The notes below the pieces were generated by a model that did not search any database, was not told the origin of the DNA, and saw only the letters and a program-made list of their open reading frames with translations. 64,000 nucleotides of DNA from an uncultured bacterium (GTDB lineage Bacteria > UBA8481): the NCBI GenBank assembly GCA_964499705.1, contig CAZCME010000001.1:261243-325242 (forward strand), in the 5' to 3' direction. Both the position numbers and the translations under genes were made by a program. Shown here piece after piece: positions 56,729-64,000 of this stretch. Within the stretch, counting starts at the first letter, position 1; the number at the start of each line of letters is the position of its first letter.

Positions 56729-58237
56729 TCAGAACATCCTGCGCAGCCGGCCCGCCGGCGTGTCGGCGGGCGGCAGGACGTAGATCAAGGCGTCCGGCAC
56801 GTGCATCGGCTCCAGCGTGAGGTCCTCTCTCCCCACCGTCTCCGCGAGCATCAGCCTGGAAGGGCGGTGGCTCCTGTTCGAAATGACATGCGTCGGCGAG
56901 TCGGGCAGGTAGAACGTGAAACCGAAATTGCGCGCGTAGCCGGGATCGAAGAGGATCACGGTCAATGTATCGGCGCGGGGAATGAAGGAGCGCGGCAATT
57001 TCTCTCCCCCGAGGAAGTAGCGGATATGAAGCGGTTCTTCCGAGAAATAATGAGGCGCGGGAAATCGGTCCACCGCGCGGGCCAGGATCTCCTGCTGATC
57101 GGAGTGCATCGTCCTCAATTCCATCAGCGTGCCTGACCGGATCAACAGGGTGATCGTCAGGAGTGCGCCGAGGAGGACGGATCCGCGGCGGAAGCGCCGG
57201 GCGCAATGATCCAGGAAAAAGGCCGCGAGGATCAGGACGAAGGGAAGCGCGGGAGCGACCGCGCGCCCCCAGCGAAAGCCGCTGTGATGGTCCTGGTCAT
57301 AGAGCGATGCGACCGCGAGGACGAAGCAGGCGTAGAGTCCCAGAAGCGAAGCATGGGGCGAACGACGCCTCAACGCGAGAAAGAGACCGGCCAGAAACGA
57401 GATCGTGATGATGAGCGATTCCGTGTGCACAAGGAAGCTCAGGCCGAACCAGGGGCGGTTGAACGCCATATGACCGATGTCGGTCTTGTGGCGGTGCAGA
57501 AATTGCTCGAAGTAGGTCATGAAACTTTCGCCCTGTCCCGCGATGTGAAGCAGGGCGCGGAGAACCTGGTAGAAGGTTTCCACCCCGGCGATGGGCAGCG
57601 AGAGGCCCGCGACCAGGAACGCGAGGCGCGGGATGGAGCGGTGCTTTGCCGCATCCCATGCCAGGAAGAACGGAACGGACATCGCCATGCGGGATTGCGC
57701 GATGATAGCCAGGCCGAACGAGAGACCGCAGAGGAAGAGTCGCGGGCGGGCGGAATCACCCAGGTAGATCCATACCGCCAGGAGGAGGAAGAAGACCGCG
57801 TCGACTTCCGCGAGGAGCGTCCTGGAGTGGAAGATGTGGGAGGGAGAAAACGCGAGAAGGAAGGCGGCAATCAGTCCGACGCGACCGGCGGATCCTTGCT
57901 CGTCGAAGACCGCGGCCCGCCGGGCGATTTCATGAACGAGGATCACGGAAGCAAGGCCGAAACCGGCCATGATCCAGAGCGCCATAGGCACGGACGATGC
58001 CGCAGCCAGAATCAGGACATGCAGGGGCCTGGCCATCCCTTCCACGACCGATGGGGACGTCGGCGTCGCGGCAGACGCGCGCGTGGAAACCTCGCGAATC
58101 TGCTCGCGGAGAGTTCCCGCTTCGAGGAGATATCGCGCCTCGTCGAACATGAAGAAGCCCTGGTCGTGGAGGCCATGCATGCGCAGATCGGCCGCGACCA
58201 CGAGCAGGGCGGCCAGTAGAAGAACGGTTCTATTCAT
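56729..58237 (-). CDS. ArnT/GT39-like (GT-C) membrane glycosyltransferase
   Basis: FMFDEARY, RPLH, AAFLLAFSPSHIFHSRTLLAE, many TM. Confidence 0.78.
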   Translation of the reverse strand: MNRTVLLLAALLVVAADLRMHGLHDQGFFMFDEARYLLEAGTLREQIREVSTRASAATPTSPSVVEGMARPLHVLILAAASSVPMALWIMAGFGLASVILVHEIARRAAVFDEQGSAGRVGLIAAFLLAFSPSHIFHSRTLLAEVDAVFFLLLAVWIYLGDSARPRLFLCGLSFGLAIIAQSRMAMSVPFFLAWDAAKHRSIPRLAFLVAGLSLPIAGVETFYQVLRALLHIAGQGESFMTYFEQFLHRHKTDIGHMAFNRPWFGLSFLVHTESLIITISFLAGLFLALRRRSPHASLLGLYACFVLAVASLYDQDHHSGFRWGRAVAPALPFVLILAAFFLDHCARRFRRGSVLLGALLTITLLIRSGTLMELRTMHSDQQEILARAVDRFPAPHYFSEEPLHIRYFLGGEKLPRSFIPRADTLTVILFDPGYARNFGFTFYLPDSPTHVISNRSHRPSRLMLAETVGREDLTLEPMHVPDALIYVLPPADTPAGRLRRMF

Positions 58238-59831
58238 AGAGCTCGAAAAATTCCGTTTCGCCCGTCTTTCGGCACGTTTTCCTGATGCGGTCGACAACGG
58301 CCGATTCTCCTTCGCGAATGAGCGCGCGCTGGAACGGCAGGAGCACAACCCAGTGCTTCTGGACAATGAAAGTCACGGAGCCCCTGATGGAATCGACATC
58401 ATCCAGCACGCGCTTCATCAGCGCTTCGCCGCGAAGCTCAGGATCGATCGGCCAGTCGGTGGAGAGCGGATTACGCTGCGGGCTCGTCACCCAGAACTGC
58501 GTGCACTCAGGGACGACAGCGTAACGACGACCGGAGACGCGGAGCGAATCGGTCAGTCGCGTGAGGTCGGAAAGAAACGCATGCGTGTTCGGATTTGTCC
58601 GGATGAGCCTTGCCCCCGGAAGGGCATCTCCGAGTTCATGCGTCAGGTATTCCGCGTTCAGGTCGCAGTTGATCTGGGCGACGCGCCCGCGATGAAAAGC
58701 GTAGAGGGAGACGAGAAGCGACAGGACGATCGCGCGACGGAAGACAGGCACGCCTGATCCCGTGCGCTTCCGCTCGAGTTCCATCATGCAGGCGGCGAGG
58801 GCTATGACAAGCGCGGATGCGATGAGCGACGGCTGCGGATGGCCTTCCGAGATGGCCGCTCCCCAGCCCATGATGAGGACCAGCGAGAGGAAGCGAAACA
58901 GGGACGTCGATAGCCGAAACAGGAACGGCAATGCCAGGATCAGCACGCCGAAGAGAAACCAGCCCATGCTGGATTCGGTGTCGGTGAATGGAAGAATGAA
59001 TGCGCTGTACAGAAGGGCGAGCGCATGGAGAAGATTTCCGAAAAGCCGGATCGTGGGGCGCTTCGAGTTGCCGGCGACGGCGGCCGCGCCGCCGATCAGG
59101 AGACCCTGCAGGAAGGGCATGGGAAATCCCAGGAAAGGAAGGAGCGCGGGGACGAGGCTGCCCTTGTGACTGGTCATCTGAACGACCATGTCATGAAGGC
59201 CTCCGGTCGCGGCCATGGCCGCGAGGTAGAAGGTTCCCGGAAGCGCCACGAGGATCCAGGATCGAAGACGAAATAATTCTCCCAGGGCCAGGAGAAGCAG
59301 CGGGATCGGAAAGACATAGTTCTGGCGAAAGATGGTGGACATGCCGATGAAGATCATCCCCAGCCAGGAGAGCCGGGGCTGAAACAGGTGGAGAACGATA
59401 CCCAGGGACAGGAAGAAGAGCGCGTCATAGGTGTTCCAGGGCATGATGGGGAAGGAATTTGTGGCGGCGAGAAAAGCGATGGCGGCGACGATGAGGCGTC
59501 GCCGGGCGCATTGAAATTCCGTGCTGAAATGGCGGGCTATGAGAATCCAGAGCCAGGTCGTCGCCGCGACCTCGAACCAGGTCAGCAGCCGTGACCACCA
59601 GATGAGATTCTCGCCGGCCCACAGGAGCAAATGCGCGTGAAGAATCTGCGTGCCGACCGGGCGGAGCGAAATATAGTCCCTGTGGGGGATTTCACCGTCC
59701 AGAATGCGACGGCTTCCCGAGAGCATGTAACCCTCGTCCGTGGGACAGAATCCGAGGTTGCCGTAGAGGACGTGCACGATGAGACCGGCGGCCAGGACAA
59801 AGAGCATTCCCTCCACCAGCATGCGCTTCAT
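58230..59831 (-). CDS. Polytopic membrane protein, GT-C-like
   Basis: PTDEGY..RILDGEIPHRDY after TM1, RQN, more than 10 TM; 8-bp overlap with the downstream gene and ATGA overlap with the upstream gene. Confidence 0.65.
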   Translation of the reverse strand: MKRMLVEGMLFVLAAGLIVHVLYGNLGFCPTDEGYMLSGSRRILDGEIPHRDYISLRPVGTQILHAHLLLWAGENLIWWSRLLTWFEVAATTWLWILIARHFSTEFQCARRRLIVAAIAFLAATNSFPIMPWNTYDALFFLSLGIVLHLFQPRLSWLGMIFIGMSTIFRQNYVFPIPLLLLALGELFRLRSWILVALPGTFYLAAMAATGGLHDMVVQMTSHKGSLVPALLPFLGFPMPFLQGLLIGGAAAVAGNSKRPTIRLFGNLLHALALLYSAFILPFTDTESSMGWFLFGVLILALPFLFRLSTSLFRFLSLVLIMGWGAAISEGHPQPSLIASALVIALAACMMELERKRTGSGVPVFRRAIVLSLLVSLYAFHRGRVAQINCDLNAEYLTHELGDALPGARLIRTNPNTHAFLSDLTRLTDSLRVSGRRYAVVPECTQFWVTSPQRNPLSTDWPIDPELRGEALMKRVLDDVDSIRGSVTFIVQKHWVVLLPFQRALIREGESAVVDRIRKTCRKTGETEFFELYE

Positions 59832-61177
59832 GAGTTCGAAACAATCCTCATCGTCGCTCGTCGGCTGGCGAGGCGCGCGAGGGCGGCGACCGTGACAGCC
59901 TGCAACGCAAGCGTGGATGGGTACATGTACCGGAAGTCCGGTGCTGGAGATGTGGCCAGGTAGGAAAAGTAATAGAGAAGCGGGAAGGTCAGAAGCGCCG
60001 CCTGGCGCCCGTATTCCGGTTTCCCTGTTTTCCTGTAAAGAATGAGAGCGCAGAGAACCCAGCCGGCATTGAGGCAGAACCATGGTCGATGAGTGGCGAG
60101 GAGGATGCGGATCCATCGATATTGCGAAAGCACGTGAGAATACTCGATGATCAGGTTCCTCACGGGCTCCATGGAGCCGTTCATTTCCAGCCCGAGACGA
60201 TTGTTGCCCAGACCCTCCAGATGCCACAGCGTCGTTTTTTCCCAGCTGAGAACATTGGAAAAAGAAGCCAGTTTGACGCCGAGGAAGGCCATCGGAGCGT
60301 GCATGATGAGCGTGCGATAATCCCTGTTGACCTTTTCCTGATCACACGGGAAGGAGAAGCCGTAGAAGAAAATGCGTTCGAAGAAATCGCCCGGTCCGGC
60401 GAATATGGGGGCGACCACATCCCGTGAATAGGGAATGAGATCGGCCACGTCCGGCCGCATATGGCAAACTGCCGCGAGATCGTATACCTGCAGGGTCGTG
60501 ATCTTGTTGAGGGGTTGGATATGAAATGCGGAGTAGATGCCGGCGCGTGCCGGCAGATACAGGAGAATCGGAATGAGCATGACGAGCGCGTGGCGCGCGC
60601 GAAGCCCGAAACATTTCCAGAGAAGGAAACCCGACCAGGGCAGGAGCATGGCGGCATTGTCGCGGACGAAACAGGCAAGAATCGAAGCCAGGGCTCCGAT
60701 GCCGGCCGCAAGCTTCGGCGCGCCCCCAGCCCGCAAGCCCAGAATGCCTCCCCAGAGAAAGGCGACCGCGATCCAGGAATCCTTCCAGAATGTCATCATG
60801 TAGAAGCCGAGCGGCGGCAGGGCGACCAGAAGAAGGTGAGAGACCAGGGCCGGGACGGGGTGACCGGTGATTTCCCGAAGGAGCAGGTACAATCCGAAAC
60901 CGAAAGCCATGCACTGGAGAAACATCAGGGTGTCGATGTCGCCTCCGACGTGCATCACGGCCGACAGCATGATCGACGGCAGGGGAGGATGCCAGTCCGA
61001 GAAGACGAGAGTGGCGGCTTCCTCATATTGGGTCAGCGAATCGGGCGACATGAGGGCGGGGCGGAACGTGGCCCAGAGGAACACATTAATCGTGAAAACG
61101 ACTGCGACGGCGGCGCCTTCGAGGATTCGATTCCTTCCTGGAAATGGGCCGGTTTCGATGCGGTGGGTGTCAGGCAC
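59828..61177 (-). CDS. Polytopic membrane protein, GT-C-like
   Basis: MSPDSLTQY..DWHPP, WKD, R.NA, C-terminal DFRYMYP. Confidence 0.65.
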   Translation of the reverse strand: MPDTHRIETGPFPGRNRILEGAAVAVVFTINVFLWATFRPALMSPDSLTQYEEAATLVFSDWHPPLPSIMLSAVMHVGGDIDTLMFLQCMAFGFGLYLLLREITGHPVPALVSHLLLVALPPLGFYMMTFWKDSWIAVAFLWGGILGLRAGGAPKLAAGIGALASILACFVRDNAAMLLPWSGFLLWKCFGLRARHALVMLIPILLYLPARAGIYSAFHIQPLNKITTLQVYDLAAVCHMRPDVADLIPYSRDVVAPIFAGPGDFFERIFFYGFSFPCDQEKVNRDYRTLIMHAPMAFLGVKLASFSNVLSWEKTTLWHLEGLGNNRLGLEMNGSMEPVRNLIIEYSHVLSQYRWIRILLATHRPWFCLNAGWVLCALILYRKTGKPEYGRQAALLTFPLLYYFSYLATSPAPDFRYMYPSTLALQAVTVAALARLASRRATMRIVSNS

Positions 61178-61336
61178 GGAAATTGTCCAGAGCGTACACC
61201 AAATCGGGAGGTGAGGAAATCTTTGCGTGGGCCATGTGGACGGACTCGTGGAAGGAGCCTGGTGTTGGAGTCGTTACGCTCTCGATTCGGCGCGCGCCCC
61301 TGAACTTGTCACGTCAGTCCGCGGCCTTTATCCTTG

Positions 61337-61951
61337 TCAGGTCACCTTCACGATGATGTCGCCGATGATGTCCGCCGCCTCGTCGCCGCGGTCGGCGCAG
61401 TTGGAGAGATGCCGGTAGATCTCGCGCATCTTGATGATCTCCACGACGTCGGTCGTGTCGAACATGTGCGCGAGCGCTTCGCGATACCGGTGCTCCACGA
61501 AATTCTCCGCCTTCTTCGCGCGGATGAGGTGTTCCGCCGCGTCTGCGGGCTTCTTTTCCAGCAGCGCGACCGCCAGGCTGATCTCCTTGGCGGCGTTCGC
61601 CAGCGCGCCCGTCATCTTCGTGATGAAATCGTTGGGCTTCACCTTGAAGAGAAGCATTTCCTCCACCGTCGACTTGGCGTAGTCGATCATGTCGTCGATG
61701 GCGCGGGAGAGCGCGAAGATGTCCTCGCGGTCGATGGGCGTGATGAAGGACTGGTTCAGCTCCACGATGAGCGTGCGCCTCAGCTCGTCCGCTTCGATCT
61801 CCAGGATCTCGACGCGTTTTTCCTTGTCGGGAATCGGATCGAGGATGTAATCGTGGAGAGCGATCAGGCCTTCCTCGGTCTTGGCCGCCTGGTCCCGGAG
61901 CATTCTGTAGAAATCGCGCTTCGGGGGGAAGAATAATTCTCTGAAGCCCAT
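61337..61951 (-). CDS. DUF47 (PhoU-like) phosphate transport regulator
   Basis: LEIEADELRR, FITPIDREDI..L...DD..D, ADRGDEAAD; directly downstream of pit. Confidence 0.92.
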   Translation of the reverse strand: MGFRELFFPPKRDFYRMLRDQAAKTEEGLIALHDYILDPIPDKEKRVEILEIEADELRRTLIVELNQSFITPIDREDIFALSRAIDDMIDYAKSTVEEMLLFKVKPNDFITKMTGALANAAKEISLAVALLEKKPADAAEHLIRAKKAENFVEHRYREALAHMFDTTDVVEIIKMREIYRHLSNCADRGDEAADIIGDIIVKVT

Positions 61952-61964
61952 CTTTGTGACTCCT

Positions 61965-62981
61965 TTAAAAAAATGATCGCGCGATATGAAGCGCGCCATA
62001 CGTCGCCGCGGCGACCGCCGCCGACGCCGGGATCGTGACGAACCATGTCGTCACGATCTCGATGGCCTTGAACCACCGGACCGCCTTCATCCGGTCCGCG
62101 GCGCCGACTCCCATGATGCTGGAGGAGACCACGTGCGTCGTGGAGACGGGACCGCCCATGAGGGCCGCGCCGAGGATGACCGTGGCGGAGGTCACCTGCG
62201 ATGAAAAGGCGTGGATCGGACGGAGCCGGTAGATTCCGGATCCCACCGTCTTGATGATGCTCCAGCCGCCAAACGCCGTTCCCAGGCCCATGGCGGTGGC
62301 GCAGCAGAAGATGACCCAGTAGGGAACGATGAATTCGGCGAGGTAACCGTAGGTCACAAGGACCATGGTGATGATGCCCATCGATTTCTGCGCGTCGTTG
62401 GCTCCGTGAGACAGCGCGAGTCCCGCCGCTGAAACAAGCTGCGCGCGCTTGAAGACGACGTTGATCCGGGGGCCCTGGCCGCGGCAGAGAAAGGCGATGA
62501 ACTTCTTGCAGACGTAGCCGATGGCGAGTCCGATGAGCGGGGAGGTGACGAGGACCGTGATGATCATGATCAATCCGTCAAGCTTCAGCTTGTCGAATCC
62601 TACCCCCGCCCAGACGGCTCCGACGATACCTCCCACGAGCGCGTGGCTGGACGAGGAGGGAAGGCCCCACTTCCAAGTGATGAGGTTCCAAGCGATGGCG
62701 CCGGAAAGCGCCGCAAAGGTGATCCAGACCGTGATGACGCTGGCATCCACGATTCCCTTGCCCATGGTTTTGGCGACGGCGGTGCCGAAGAGAAAAGGAC
62801 CGATGAATTCGCAGGAGGCGGCGATGAAAAGAGCGGCCTCCGGCGTCATCGATCGCGAGGCGATCATGGTCGCAACGACATTGGCCGCATCGTGGAATCC
62901 GTTGAGGAAATCGAAGACGATGGCGAGGATGACGACGATGATGACGACGACAAGTGCTGCGCTCATGGAGCCGATCAGCAT
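61965..62981 (-). CDS. pit: Inorganic phosphate transporter, PiT family
   Basis: NGFHDAAN, GLPSSSSHAL, HGANDAQK, PVSTTH. Confidence 0.95.
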   Translation of the reverse strand: MLIGSMSAALVVVIIVVILAIVFDFLNGFHDAANVVATMIASRSMTPEAALFIAASCEFIGPFLFGTAVAKTMGKGIVDASVITVWITFAALSGAIAWNLITWKWGLPSSSSHALVGGIVGAVWAGVGFDKLKLDGLIMIITVLVTSPLIGLAIGYVCKKFIAFLCRGQGPRINVVFKRAQLVSAAGLALSHGANDAQKSMGIITMVLVTYGYLAEFIVPYWVIFCCATAMGLGTAFGGWSIIKTVGSGIYRLRPIHAFSSQVTSATVILGAALMGGPVSTTHVVSSSIMGVGAADRMKAVRWFKAIEIVTTWFVTIPASAAVAAATYGALHIARSFF

Positions 62982-63045
62982 AAACCCGGAGGGCTTGGAA
63001 TGTCAAAGGATTCGAGAATTCAGAATTCCCTGATCGTCGAGGATT

Positions 63046-63243
63046 AAACCACGAAATACACGAAACACACGAAAGAAAAGTCGGGGTTTGCAGGGAGGTT
63101 TGCCTGGCCTGGATTGGCCACAAATGGCCATGAATACATAATATATCTGTTCGAATTCCGAGCTCTTTACGGCCGAAATCGATTTGAAGTAACGAGTTCA
63201 TGGGAATCACGTTTTTTCGTGTGTTTCGTGTGTTTCGTGGTTT
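63046..63243. repeat. 29-bp inverted repeat built from 9-bp units
   Basis: AAACCACGAAATACACGAAACACACGAAA (63046-63074) and its reverse complement (63215-63243), one mismatch. Confidence 0.85.
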
Positions 63244-63359
63244 TGAATTTTTCCATGACAACTCCCTTCCCAACATCGGGGACTCACCCCTCCCGCATTT
63301 CTACTTTTAGGAAATCCGCGGTGGAAAATCGGGAGATGAGGCGGTGAGAGTCCCGCTGA

Positions 63360-64000
<641 letters not shown>

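Overview
GC-rich bacterial chromosomal window, probably from an uncultured diderm; there is one 10-N scaffold gap at 56160-56169. I recognised no rRNA, tRNA, CRISPR array, transposase, integrase or phage gene. Left to right: (1) 0.1-12.3 kb, mixed metabolic and housekeeping genes: FIST, LLM oxidoreductase, rlpA, a short YgfK-like protein, efp with an Asn-tipped loop, a thrC-like gene, XdhC, acylphosphatase, a sigma70 gene coupled to two cNMP-binding genes, a methyltransferase and a LacI-type sensor without HTH. (2) 12.4-35.6 kb, a large type IV filament locus: three paralogous tandem-GYF_2/TM/6-Cys proteins converge on three paralogous pilins with variable cores; then valS, a sigma54-type minor-pilin operon ending in an 883-aa K/PilX-like subunit with nested inserted domains, a PorV-like barrel, pilB-pilB-pilT-pilC, a PhnD-like lipoprotein and a PilS-like kinase. 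A GCAA-N4-TTGC palindrome recurs upstream of several of these units. (3) 35.6-43.5 kb, a tightly coupled signalling cassette with a diguanylate cyclase and a pseudopilin coupled to a histidine kinase. (4) tig-clpP-clpX. (5) 48.7-61.2 kb, envelope-glycan genes: B12 radical SAM, GT2, gmhB, several GT-C-like membrane proteins, and DHH and HD hydrolases. (6) pit-DUF47 and the start of nifJ. The best candidate for an undescribed system is the 3x GYF receptor / 3x pilin module with its regulatory circuit. All calls come from reading motifs by eye; no searches were run. Some start codons were moved from the ORF track using RBS, gene-overlap and paralog evidence.
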